Of a stretch of 64,000 nucleotides of DNA, positions 26,437 to 39,886 are shown piece after piece. The translations under genes were made by a program, and so were the position numbers. The notes beneath the pieces were generated by a model that ran no database searches, was not told where the DNA came from, and was given only the letters and a program-made list of their open reading frames with translations. The stretch is from Octopus sinensis. Its lineage: Eukaryota. The first letter of the stretch is position 1; each line of letters opens with the position of its first letter. The stretch spans positions 156,054,001 to 156,118,000 of the forward strand of contig NC_042998.1 in assembly GCF_006345805.1 (NCBI RefSeq), in the 5' to 3' direction.

Positions 26437-27749
26437 AAGTTCAGCAAAATTTAGATTCAGATGAATATGGTACTTAAGTTAAAGGCACCAGAATTTTGTA
26501 TGGTATTATCCCTATAAATCAAATGGGTGATTATAATCAAAATAAGCAACCAGTATATCCAAGGTAGAGTAGTACAATTGTTTCATGCTACTTCATTTTA
26601 TTAAACATTGTAAGTATTACATCAGTTTTAAAATGTCAAGCAATCTTCAGCCACTTATAGAATTTTCCAATTAAACGGACAATGCACATTCTTAACCCTA
26701 TTTCATTTGCCAACATTATAAAGAGGGTAGATATATAGACAGAGAGGTTGATTTCATTCTTAAGAACATGATAGTAGTATGTTCACTTTCTGACTGTCTT
26801 TATAATGTTGGCAAATGAAATAGGGATAAGAATGTGCATTGTCCGTTTAATTGGAAAATTCTATAAGTGGCTGAAGATTGCTCGACATTTTAAAACTGAT
26901 GTAATACTTACAATGTTTAATAAAATGAAGTAGCATGAAACAATTGTACTACTCTACCTTGGATATACTTGTTGCTTATTTGGATATATATATACTAGCA
27001 TTATAACCCGGCGTTGCCGGGTCAGAGTGCTAGTGCATGTATATATGTGTATATATATATGTGTACATATTACATGTACATATATATATATACATCTACA
27101 CATAAAATACAAAATACAAAGTTATATCTTAATATCGCTAGTGATAACAATACTCAAAATATATAACAGACTGGAATTGTAGGCCCGTCTCTTGCAATTT
27201 CGATCAATTGTATCTTGTCCTCCCTCTTGTATAGAAGTGTGGCTACAATCCAACCTACCTCTACTTTTAGGGGGACATTTTAAATTTTTATCCGGGACGT
27301 CCTACGTCCCAAATATAAGGTAAAAATAAAATATTTCCACTTTGCAAGGTTCGAGTCGAGTACTCCCTTGCACGCTCCGTTGACTCGAACCTTGCTTCTA
27401 TTGTGGTGAATAGAAATTCTCCAGCCCATTTGAGACACGTGCGATTTGAGTGAGAGAGTCCGGAAGTGAACACTATTAAATTTATATTTAATGTAGGATA
27501 AAATTTTTTCGAAAAAGATTTTTATCAATGGCCAGCATATTAAAAAATACCTTAAAAGGTTAAATTTATAAACAACTTATAAATAAGTATATCTATTAGC
27601 TTCAAAACCAAACATAATCTCTAATAGCTGTTTCGATGCGTACCTTAAAGATTATAATGGTATTGAATCTCGTCAGAGGCAAAAAATAGATATACCAATA
27701 TATTATTAGGTGTTAAGTACACGGAACATTACAGCAAACTGAGTGCTCA

Positions 27750-27814
<65 letters not shown>

Positions 27815-28094
27815 TACCTGTATATATGGTGATTGCAATATATTCACAGGTGACTAACCCCTTGTGCTTGTATGTATGTATGTATGTATGTATGTATGTG
27901 TGTATGTATGTATGTGTGTATGTATGTATGCATATATGTATAAATGTATGTATGTATGTGTGCAGATTTGTGTGTTTTGTTTTGTGTATGCATTCTCATG
28001 CATGTCTAGACATGCTCATATATATTTAAATATATATCTAAATGATAAACTTCAGGAATGCTTTACAGATTTTTACAATTCCAGTGATGAATTG

Positions 28095-28680
28095 AATTTT
28101 TAGTTTTCAATCAGTTTTCTCCTTTCTGGTTTTGAGAAGCCTAATCTCTCAAGATTGATATTTAGGCAGTGTGTTACATATCTCAGAGCCCTAGTAGTTA
28201 CAGGTATAAACCTGAACTTGTAATCTGGATGGAGTAACTGCAAATTTCTCAATAGTTCAACGTAGTTATTTTCTCTTTTGCTGATCTTTAGCTTTATGTT
28301 GACATCCGCTGGGCAGCTGATTTCCAGAACTGCACACAATTTTTTTTCTCAACCCCAACTCTTTTCTCAGTCTCAGATCATTATGTCAGGTCTAGTGTGT
28401 TTACATTTTATTGAGGTTTTCATTGGGACATTCCACTGGTACTCCTTTTTATTATGAGTGGCTATGGCTTTCACCATATTGTAGGTTCTTATTTTTTGTC
28501 CTCAGGGTTATCCTTCCGACGGATCTCGTTATACAGTGTCCTACCTACAACACCATGTGTCATCGGTAGACAATGTCGTGATCACATTTTCGGACAATTG
28601 CTTATGACGTGGGTGATATATTCGGTGTTAACTGCTGTTGATTAGCTCCAAGAAGCCGTCGCCTCTAGCAAGCTATGACA
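28095..28680 (-). mobile_element. RLE-type non-LTR retrotransposon 3' remnant (zinc knuckle and restriction-like endonuclease)
   Basis: THVISNCPKM...HGVVGRTLYNEIRRK; CAVLEISCPADVNI...LRNLQLLHPDYKFRFIPV. Confidence 0.75.
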
Positions 28681-28934
28681 CACGAACCTGTGTCCATTAT
28701 AACCTTCGAGCAGGGGAGATCAGCCGCTTCCCCTTCCTGGTCAGACATCTGCAGACTAGTTTCAGGGTATTTGCTCCTTATCAATGCAGAGCAGCCGTAC
28801 CTAGCAGGCGTCGCAACTAACCATCTGTTCGAAGGATTATTTACCTAAATTCAGTGGAATACATCCACTGTATTCAACTGTATTCGTATTTGTTTTTTTG
28901 CAAATTCTCACTATATTATATATATATATATATA

Positions 28935-29671
28935 CTAGCAGTATCGCCCGGCGTTGCTCGGGTTTGTAAGGGAAATAACTATATAAGCATTTTTAGAGAG
29001 TTATAGCCAAAAAATAGCAAAAAATGCATTAAAAATGGAAAAAATATGATGGTAAATTTTTTTTTAAATCGTTGACTCATCGTAGACATTTTTAGAGAGT
29101 TACTTCCCTTATATAATAGCGAAAAAATGCATTAAAATGGAAAAAAAACGATGGTAATTTTTTTTTAAATCGTTGACTCATCGTAGACATTTTTAGAGAG
29201 TTACTTCCCTTATATAATAGCGAAAAAATGCATTAAAATGGAAAAAAAACGATGGTAAATTTTTTTTTAAATCGTAGACTCATGTAGACGCTTTCTTAGC
29301 CATTTCTGTTTTGGTGTCTTCAAGCCATGAAGTCGTTGTTCTAAAAGAACACTAGTCTCCTTGACAACGCATTACGACGTTGATTTCCTTACACTCCCTT
29401 CCCCACAGGTGCAGGTGTGAGCGTGGACGCCAACTCTGCCGCCATCGACACACGAAAAATTATGCATTAAAATGGAATAAAAAATGATGTTAAATTATTT
29501 TTAAATCGTAGACTCATCGTAGACGCGCGCTAATATTCAGACGGGCTCGATATGAATCACGACTATAAGCTACCCGAATTTGGTTAAACTGTACCGCAAA
29601 ATGTGGGAGTAGTTAGGAATCTAAATCGAAGGGGACAGACACTCACACAACTACAGTTTTATATATATAGA
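28935..29671 (-). mobile_element. Complete non-autonomous Helitron (737 bp) with internal 101-bp repeats
   Basis: Minus strand A|TCTATATATATAAAACTG ... cccgagcaacgccggg-cgatactg-CTAG|T. Confidence 0.88.
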
Positions 29672-29739
29672 TATACATAGCGCAGTAGTGGTGAGATATG
29701 ACAGCAAAGAAAAGCATACATTCACTCTCTGCATGCAAT

Positions 29740-30060
29740 TAGACTCGGAAAGTTCGCGAGGAACCCATTGACCCAATTTGCTGACTTTTCCGATAGCACA
29801 CAGGTGTCAATGAATGGTTGAATGACCAAATCCAAGCTTCTCTGCTAGTTCCTCAACGGTTACGATGATATTTTGTTCCACCAGGGTTTTCAGGATGTCC
29901 TTGTCGAGTTCTACAGATCTTTCAGGATGAGGCTCGTCTTCTAGGCTGTAGTTTATGGCTCGGGATTTCTGGAACCACCATTGACACTGCCTTACGCTTA
30001 TTGTCCAATCCCCATATACTGCATTAATATTTCTTGTACTTTGCACACATTTATATTCTG
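29740..30060 (-). mobile_element. Mariner transposase N-terminal (HTH) remnant
   Basis: STRNINAVYGDWTISVRQCQWWFQK...YSLEDEPHPERSVELDKDILKTLVEQN...ELAEKLGFGHSTI. Confidence 0.88.
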
Positions 30061-30251
30061 TTATTCTTTTATATGTTTCAGCCTTGAGGTTGTGGCCATG
30101 CTGGATCATGTGTGTGTGTGTGTGTGTGTCTATCTGTCTGTCTGTCTGTATGTATATATGTATATGTATGTGTGTGAACAATAATATTTTCAACAGATGT
30201 GTTGCAAATGTATCTGATTGTTCTCAAGCTTCAATACTGTGTGTGTGTGTA

Positions 30252-30282
<31 letters not shown>

Positions 30283-30361
30283 ATGTATATGTATGTATGT
30301 ATGTATATGTATGTATGTATGTATGTGTGTATGTATGTATGTGTGTGTATGTGTGTGTGTA

Positions 30362-30392
<31 letters not shown>

Positions 30393-30689
30393 ATGTATGT
30401 ATGTATGTATGTATGTATGTATGTATGTATGAGTGTATGTTTACTTTATTACTAATTACTCTCTTCCAAGAACATTTTCACTCACTCTTAGCTCTTAGCT
30501 TCCCATACATTTTACTCATGTATCTATCAGCGTCATAGACAGAATACTTTCACTTTAGTCTTCCTCAAATCACTCTGTCGCTATTTACTTTCATTTTATT
30601 CGTTGCCCACTGTGTGTGTGCGTTTGCGTGTGGTGTAAACCAGACTAAGAAAAGCATTTGACACACACACCAGAATGTGAGTTTTCTGT

Positions 30690-30895
30690 AAATTTTGCTT
30701 AATTGGAGTTTAAATTTTAAAAACTGGACCTGGCATGACGCGATGCATTGTACTCTTAAAAATGCTAGGTAAATTGTAATTGAAGAAATGCTATATTGTA
30801 GATTTGTATAACTCCCAAAGGGAGGCAGATAAAATCTGCCTTTTATAATAAGAGATATACTAGCAGAGATACCCGGCGTTGCTCCGGATTAAACT
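30690..30895 (-). mobile_element. Adjacent Helitron termini (3' hairpin-CTAG, tata, then a 5' TC end)
   Basis: CTAG at 30860-30863 with a ccggagcaacgccggg hairpin; TCTCTTATTATAAAAGG starting at 30855 on the minus strand. Confidence 0.6.
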
Positions 30896-30914
30896 GGCAT
30901 GGTTTTTTTATTGT

Positions 30915-31095
30915 TTTACTTGTTTCAATCATGTGATGCGGCCATGCTGGAGCACAACCTTTAGTCGAAGAAATCGCCCCCAGGATTTATTCTTTGTAAG
31001 CTTATTCTATCAGTATGTTTTGCCAAACGGCTAAGTTGCGGGCATGTAAACACAGCAACATCGGTTGTCAAGTGATGGTGGGGTACAAATACACG
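30915..31095 (-). mobile_element. SINE core and tail fragment
   Basis: Minus strand ...gctccagcatggccgcatcacatgattgaaacaagtaaaac. Confidence 0.75.
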
Positions 31096-31156
31096 CACAT
31101 AAATATATACGCATATATATATACATACATGAAGACCGATCACCATCACTTCAGCA

Positions 31157-31935
31157 GTGAAGAAAAGCACCATAGAGCGCTGGAGTGGCTGGAGCGCACC
31201 CACCCAAAACCCTGAGAGCAACAATCAGGCGAAAGAAATGATTGCACATGCAATAGGGGCCAGTGTAAAAACCACCTTGAAGAACCACATAGTAAAGTTT
31301 AACAAAAAGCTATACATGCTGTTTCAATGTGCAGCCATCGGTGTCGCTGTGACCGGCCTCTTCATGACCTGGTGGGACAGAAAACTTAAGCAAATATTAG
31401 CAGAACAGTCCACAACTCTTCTACTCTACAGCAGATATGTAGATGACATTAACATCATAGTTAAGACCAACTCTAGTAACGGTAGTGTAGAAACTGAGAG
31501 GAACGTAATGGAGAGCATCCAGCAAGTAGCTAACTCTATCCACCAAAGTATCAAAGTAACTATAGATTACCCCACTAGGCACCCCAACAACAGACTTCCT
31601 GTCCTTGATACTGAACTGTGGTTAGAGACTGTGAACAATAGAGTGCAGCTCCTCCATTCCTATTACATGAAACCCATAACTTCAAAATATGTTGTTCACA
31701 AGAACTCAGCTTTGTCACACAACATGAAAATTAACATACTGATAGCAGACTTAGTTAGGATAATGTACAACTTGTCCCCACTATGCGGACCCTATGAAAC
31801 GAAAAAACATATATAGAACTTCATGCACGGCATGCAATTCTGTGGATATGATCAGAAAGATAGGGTTTGAGTATACAGGGGTGCTAGAAAGAAATTAGAT
31901 AACGTTATACGTAATGATACCGGTGGTACCTGCTC
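31157..31935 (+). pseudogene. Penelope-like element reverse transcriptase fragment
   Basis: LLLYSRYVDDINII, IKVTIDYP, LPVLDTELW, YYMKPITSKYVVHKNSAL, LVRIMYN. Confidence 0.85.
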
Positions 31936-31989
31936 TAGATGCAGAAACAAAGACTGGGATAGGATACAAAGAACTTGCGGCAAAGCAAA

Positions 31990-33000
31990 CAGGGCGAACA
32001 CGTATACACACTCACATACACACGCACACACGCGCATACACACGAGCACACATGCTCATACACACACACGCATACATACACACGCATACATACACATACA
32101 CGCATACATAAACATACACACGCACACATATACGCACGCGCACACACATGAATGCTCATATACCTTCCACACATACCACGCACACACACAACATACACAT
32201 ACATGCACACACACAACACACACATACTAGCGCGCACACACACATACACACACGCACATATACACACACTGCCCCACGAACACACACACATATACACACG
32301 CACCACACACACAACCCCACATACACACACATAATATACACACGCACATACACATGCACACGCACACACACACATACACACGCTCACATACCCATACATA
32401 CACGCACATGAACGTGTATATACCTTCCATACACACAACACACACTCATACGTACACGCACACGATTATACATACACAGGCTTACACGCACGCACATATA
32501 GGCACGCACATACACGCACACACACACACACACACGCTCACACACGCATGCACACACACAGAAGAGCGCACGTAAAACTTCATGCACACAACCCTACGCA
32601 CACACACATACACACGCACGCACACACACATACACACACGCACATACACACACACACACGCACATACACAGATGCTTGCACACATACCACACACAAAACT
32701 CACACACACAACATATACATACACGCACACGTACATATACAGGCACACAAACAGCCAGTCAAACACCTTTCTGCTGACAATTCCTCTACGCACATGTGAA
32801 AAGACACACGACTACACAAAAGACCAGTACACCTGCTACCATGCTTCTGAATTCTTCCTACGAGAGACAAAATTCACTCACGCATACACATACAAACAGC
32901 CAAAACCACACAAACACCACACATACACACACATACACACACATGTTATTACACACACACTCACATAGAGACTTGCGCGCACGCACATGCCCGCCCCCAT
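31990..33000. repeat. Degenerate (CA)n/(CACG)n low-complexity tract
   Basis: Seen directly. Confidence 0.9.
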
Positions 33001-33292
33001 ACACAGATACCTCCTTCACTTACACTCTCCTGTCTTAGAAAGAACTTTTTCTTCACTCATTCCTTTCCGGTCAAAATGTAACCACATGTGAATCGTTGGT
33101 GATTTTTATCTCCGTCTTCCTTTCCTCTTGGACTTTCCTCCGTCTCCTATTTCTGACGAAGAGCTTTGCTCGAAACGTAAAGCCACTTTTCTTTTCTCCC
33201 TGAGCGTCTGCTAATACTTTGCATGTAGCACTTCCTCGAGTTATTGTATTTTGCTCGTGTTTGTTCTTCGATTTTTTTTATTTACTATACAC

Positions 33293-33357
<65 letters not shown>

Positions 33358-33674
33358 CATACTAACATGTATATATATGTATGTATATATATGTGTGTGT
33401 GAATGTGTATGCATGTATATGTGTACATTATATATATATATATATATTTAATCAATATAGGGTGGCAGAAAAAAAATTTGTAGAATTCTTTTTACCACCA
33501 GCGGCCTAGTAGGAAAAAATTAAATAGTCATAGACCATTTTTAAGTTCAACATCAACAATCAAGGAACGGCCATGATAGGCCATTCACCCACTAGAAATA
33601 ACAGCCAAAGCTTCAACCGCAAATAAAGATTAATTCCGTAAACAGGAGAAAATTAAAAAAACATTTACCCTGTA

Positions 33675-33781
33675 ATTTCTTGTACGATGCACCGTTTCAT
33701 CTGCTGTTTAATGGTAAACTAACCTGATTAAATTAAATCAAGCCAATCTTCCATAGGCCCTCAGATTCTTCAGCAAGAAAT
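33675..33781 (-). ncRNA. Complete type I hammerhead ribozyme, unit 1
   Basis: ATTTCTTG-CTGAAGA-ATCTG...CAGAT-GAAA-CG-gtgcat-CG-T-A-CAAGAAAT; 8-bp stem I, 5-bp stem II base. Confidence 0.85.
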
Positions 33782-34166
33782 AGCCAAGTCGGAACAGATA
33801 TTTTCACGAGGCATTTCAAACCCTGCCAAGGTAATATCTGACCTAAAATTTTCAAATCGTCGCACTCGCGCCAAATTTATCGGCAGCAAATAAATATAAG
33901 CCGTCGATTCCATTACGGAATTAACCAGAAAATTCATAATTAATCAATATAGGGTGGCAGAAAAAAATTTTGTAGAATTCTTTTTGCCACCAGCGGCCTA
34001 GTAGGAAAAAATTAAATAGTCATAGACCATTTTTAAGTTCAACATCAACAATCAAGGAACGGCCATGATAGGCCATTCACCCACTAGAAATAACAGCCAA
34101 AGCTTCAACCGCAAATAAAGATTAATTCCGTAAACAGGAGAAAATTTAAAAAACATTTACCCTGTA

Positions 34167-34273
34167 ATTTCTTGTACGATGCACCGTTTCATCTGCTGTT
34201 TAATGGTAAACTAACCTGATTAAATTAAATCAAGCCAATCTTCCATAGGCCCTCAGATTCTTCAGCAAGAAAT
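34167..34273 (-). ncRNA. Complete type I hammerhead ribozyme, unit 2
   Basis: Same motif as unit 1, 492 bp away. Confidence 0.85.
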
Positions 34274-34845
34274 AGCCAAGTCGGAACAGATATTTTCACG
34301 AGGCATTTCAAACCCTGCCAAGGTAATATCTGACCTAAAATTTTCAAATCGTCGCACTCGCGCCAAATTTATCGGCAGCAAATAAATATAAGCCGTCGAT
34401 TCCATTACGGAATTAACCAGAAAATTCATAATTAATCAATATAGGGTGGCAGAAAAAAATTTTGTAGAATTCTTTTTGCCACCAGCGGCCTAGTAGGAAA
34501 AAATTAAATAGTCATAGACCATTTTTAAGTTCAACATCAACAATCAAGGAACGGCCATGATAGGCCATTCACCCACTAGAAATAACAGCCAAAGCTTCAA
34601 CCGCAAATAAAGATTAATTCCGTAAACAGGAGAAAATTTAATATGGAAGATTGGCTTGATTTAATTTAATCAGGTTAGTTTACCATTAAACAGCAGATGA
34701 AACGGTGCATCGTACAAGAAATTACAGGGTAAATGTTTTTTAAATTTTCTCCTGTTTACGGAATTAATCTTTATTTGCGGTTGAAGCTTTGGCTGTTATT
34801 TCTAGTGGGTGAATGGCCTATCATGGCCGTTCCTTGATTGTTGAT

Positions 34846-34880
<35 letters not shown>

Positions 34881-35600
34881 GCAACGAATTGCCTTACCAC
34901 ATACCGAATTTAGAAATAGCAGTCAAAGAGTTATAGCTATTTCTTCTACTAAAAAGGGAGATCTCAGTAAAAACAGCAATTTGAAGGCAGACACAAACAG
35001 GTAAGAGAGAATGAATTGACGGCAATCTATCATACAATTTTAAGTTATCTACGGACGCACGTTTCGAAATCAAGTTTTTAGGAAAGCATAAGAATTAAAT
35101 ATTAAATAATTCTACCTTACCAAAACTTCTTTTCTCTTCAGCGTAGAATACTATAATCATAAATGATTATATATTGAATTTTGAGATACTAGAAGGCACC
35201 AACTCAACTCAGTATCAGAGCGAGCTAGAATCCGCAACTAGTATCACCAAATTCAATGTGTGAATGAAAAGATTGTGTCACCAGCCCCTTCCCACCCGCG
35301 TGTAGCCAAAACAAGATGCTGTGGTCATCTACTGAGATAAAATATGGTTATCCGTAATAATGAAGGTAGAATTATTTAATATTTAATTCTTATGCTTTCC
35401 TAAAAACTTGATTTCGAAACGTGCGTCCGTAGATAACTTAAAATTGTATGATAGATTGCCGTCAATTCATTCTCTCTTACCTGTTTGTGTCTGCCTTCCA
35501 ATTGCTGTTTTTACTGAGATCTCCCTTTTTAGTAGAAGAAATAGCTATAACTCTTTGACTGCTATTTCTAAATTCGGTATGTGGTAAGGCAATTCGTTGC
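34881..35600. repeat. Near-perfect inverted repeat, arms 34881-35117 and 35363-35600
   Basis: gcaacgaattgccttacc... is mirrored by ...ggtaaggcaattcgttgc. Confidence 0.93.
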
Positions 35601-35718
35601 AAAACCCTTTATTGCTTAGTATTACTTAAATTTTCCTCGAAAGAGGCTTTTACATGCCGAAGACTACTTGGTGTAATTGATAATTATTCCAAATTAATTA
35701 ATTTCACCCTTCATTATT

Positions 35719-35759
<41 letters not shown>

Positions 35760-35810
35760 TATATATATTATATAATATATATATAATATATATATTTATT
35801 TTATAGAAGG

Positions 35811-35860
35811 AGCTTCTACAGGACTAGAACTGTTTCATTCAAAGAAATCATCAGGAAGCT
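35811..35860 (-). ncRNA. Type I hammerhead, left end of the palindrome
   Basis: AGCTTC-CTGATGA-tttc-ttt-gaat-GAAA-CAG...CTG-T-A-GAAGCT. Confidence 0.7.
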
Positions 35861-36273
35861 AGCTGACAAGAATAGTTTTGGCATTTATAAACTTAGGCAG
35901 GTTTAAGGGGTGGTGATGGGGGGACTTTTTGGGGTAGGCATGGCGCAAACTATCATTCTTAGGGGAGTGGTCAAAGGAATCAGTGATAAAGTAGATAAAA
36001 GAATAAATAGAATAATAGAGTTTACATACACATACCCACATACATCCATATACACATGTACATATGCACCCATTTACATACATCTACGTACTCACCCATA
36101 CCCATACTCATACATACACACAAATATCTACACACATATATATGTAAAATAAATAAATATAAAAGACGATATACACCCCCATACACACACGCTCACATAT
36201 CCATATATATATATATATATATACACATTCATACACACTCTTATATATATATATATATAATATATATTATATA

Positions 36274-36318
<45 letters not shown>

Positions 36319-37312
36319 ATATACACACATATATATATATATACATACATATATATATATTGTTTTTATTTGACCTCGACCAACGAGGCCGACACAGAGG
36401 TAGGTTTCTCCCAAGGGAGCTTGGCTAGCTGCTTAAAAAACCATTTATTGCCCCTCTACCTTCCTTTCTATCTTTCTACCCACTGATACGAACACAAACA
36501 CACTCACACGCACACTCATACACATACACAGACGCACGTGTTATATTCATACATACATAAGTGTACCGACTTTCACATAAACGTACACATAGCTATGTAC
36601 ACACAAACCACATATATAAATGTACTTCAGTACACATAAACACAAGAATATCTGCCCACATATAGACTCATATGCCTATATACAGACATTTGTGCATATA
36701 AACATACATACGCATATATACACATCCATACGCCTTTAAGTACATATTAGCACACATTCACGCATACACGTGTACATAAAAGCATACCTACATATTTCTA
36801 CCTACACTCATACATATACATACGTGCACATATATACGCATACGTAGACGTACCTACAGATTCATATCTACACGCATACACATACATACATCTGCACACA
36901 CACAGAAGACTAGTCCACATATATACACAAGTATATATATATATATACACATGTATACACACATACATATATATATATATATATACACACACACATATAT
37001 ACACATACACGCACGTATATACCTACATATACATACACATATATACCTACACCAGTCATATACATACCTACATACACATATATCCATATATCTATACATA
37101 TACATACACATATATATACACATGCCCATACCAATACACATACGCATATCTACGCACATACACGCACTCACATCTATCTACATATATAAAAAAAGAAACC
37201 CAACAAATCCATACTTATATACTCATACACATACATACATACATATACACACATATATACCCATACATATATACACATATATACACGCATGTATATATAT
37301 ATATATATATAT

Positions 37313-37355
<43 letters not shown>

Positions 37356-37724
37356 CATATACATACACACACATCTACATACACATACATATACATACGT
37401 ACGCACACCCATATACATACATACGTCCACCCAGAGGTATACAGGCATATACACACATATATATATACACACACATACATACACACACACATATATATAT
37501 ATATATATACACACACGTACGCACACAAATATATACCCATACATATATACACATATATATACACACACAGATATATACACGCATGTATATTTACATATAT
37601 ATATATATACATATATATACATACATACACATGCATATACATACACACACATCTACATGCACATACACATACTTCCGTACGCACACCCATATACATACAT
37701 ACATCCACACAGAGGTATACAGCC

Positions 37725-37769
<45 letters not shown>

Positions 37770-38093
37770 TATATATATATATTATATATATATATATATA
37801 TACACACGAACGCACACAAATACACATATATACACATATATACACCAATACACATACGCATACACACACGCGCATCTATATATACATAAATACATACATG
37901 CATAAAACCATATACATATATACATACATGCATACTCAAATAATAAGTAATAATATATATACGTGCAATTACCCATCATACAGACGGATACATACATATT
38001 AACATACACATGTATACCTATTTACCCATATGTACCTACATACATACACATACACATAAATCTACATACCTACATATACATAAACACACAAGC

Positions 38094-38137
<44 letters not shown>

Positions 38138-38639
38138 ACATACATATAGATACACATATATATATACACATACGTACACACATACATACACGTATGTAAA
38201 TACACGCACACACATACACACATACGTATATTCATACCTACATCCATACATATCTATACATATATACATGTGTACATATACAATATGTGAATAGTCTTAG
38301 GAAAGAAGGTAATTGGGGGTGTTGAGGGGACGGTGGGGGTGGGGTGGGGGTTGTGGGGGTATCGTCAATCGGGTTGCCGGGTGGGTCTGTAGTTTTTGTA
38401 GTTTGCATAAATTTTATGCATGCAATTTGGGGAGTGTTCCGAGATCTTGTTGAGGAGAGGGCCTTTGGCGAACAAGATCTCCAGGCTCTCAGAAATGCAA
38501 AGGTCACAGCAGGTATGGCCTCCTGTGTACGAACGCGCCCTCTGTAGTAGTCTCCACTTGATCTTGAAGGGGATGGAGTTCCTTTTAAGGTACCAGATGT
38601 GGGCGGTGAGGGTAGTTTGGTTGGATTTGTCAGGTCGGA

Positions 38640-39072
38640 TAGCAATTGCACTTGCCCCCTCAACAACAACTGCCTACAGAAGGACCTCGTCTACACATGC
38701 GAGGTACGATCAGGCCCCGATGATAAAAGAAAATCGTACATCGGAATGACGTCAAACAGCTTTAAGACTCGTTGGTACGCCCACACACATTCGTTCCGGC
38801 GACCTGAAAAATCCAACCAAACTACCCTCGCCGCCCACATCTGGTACCTTAAAAGGAACTCCATCCCCTTCAAGATCAAGTGGAGACTACTACAGAGGGC
38901 GCGTTCGTACACAGGAGGCCATACCTGCTGTGACCTTTGCATTTCTGAGAGCCTGGAGATCTTGTTCGCCAAAGGCCCTCTCCTCAATAAGATCTCGGAA
39001 CACTCCCTAAATTGCATGCATAAAATTTATGCAAACTACAAAAACTACAGACCCACCCGGCAACCCGATTGA
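38640..39072 (+). CDS. PLE GIY-YIG endonuclease domain (open frame, 5'-truncated)
   Basis: CPLNNNCLQKDLVY...YIGMTSNSFKTRW...HIWYLK...CDLCISE...LLNKISE...CMH. Confidence 0.88.
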
Positions 39073-39308
39073 CGATACCCCCACCTCCACCACAACCCCC
39101 CACCCCCTCCGTCCCCTCAACACCCCCAATTACCTTCTCTCCTAAGACTATTCACATATTGTATATGTACACATGTATATATGTATAGATATGTATGGAT
39201 GTAGGTATGAATATACGTATGTGTGTATGTGTGTGCGTGTATTTACATACGTGTATATATGTGTGTACGTATGTGTATATATATATGTGTATCTATATGT
39301 ATGTGGAT

Positions 39309-39341
<33 letters not shown>

Positions 39342-39632
39342 GTACGCTTGTGTGTTTATGTATATGTAGGTATGTAGATTTATGTGTATGTGTATGTATG
39401 TAGGTACATATGGGTAAATAGGTATACATGTGTATGTTAATATGTATGTATCCGTCTGTATGATGGGTAATTGCACGTATATATATTTATTATTTATTAT
39501 TTGAGTATGCATGTATGTATATATGTATATGGTTTTATGCATGTATGTATTTATGTATATATAGATGCGCGTGTGTGTATGCGTATGTGTATTGGTGTAT
39601 ATATGTGTATATATGTGTATTTGTGTGCGTTC

Positions 39633-39670
<38 letters not shown>

Positions 39671-39842
39671 AATATTAGGGAATAAATCCAAATTTACAGG
39701 GAAAAATCAGATTTAGGATTAAATCCAATTTTATAGTAAAATATTATATAATATTAATTAGAGACAAAACCACTATTTTGCAAAACAAACAAGGAAAGAC
39801 TTAATCAATACATATTATTTTAATAAAAAGTAAAAAAAACCG

Positions 39843-39886
39843 CCACTACAATTGTTTCATGTCTTCAAATGACAATCTTCAGGTGG
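39843..39886 (-). ncRNA. Minimal type I hammerhead
   Basis: Reverse complement of 42432-42475. Confidence 0.75.

Larger units (their letters stand above)
25062..27765. repeat. Tandem duplication, unit about 1374 bp, two near-identical copies separated by (TA)n
   Basis: aaagttcagcaaaatttag starts at 25062 and 26436; one 1-bp indel seen between copies. Confidence 0.95.
33449..34845 (-). mobile_element. 492-bp tandem array (about 2.4 units plus a fold-back segment at 34642-34845) carrying hammerheads; candidate non-LTR retrozyme
   Basis: Units start at 33449, 33941 and 34433; each full unit has a complete HHR on the minus strand; (TA)n on both flanks. Confidence 0.8.

Noticed and set aside
35385-35435. 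Hammerhead in the 34881-35600 inverted repeat
   Set aside because: GAAAC-GTGC-GTC is present but the core reads CTAAAAA and stems I and II do not form.
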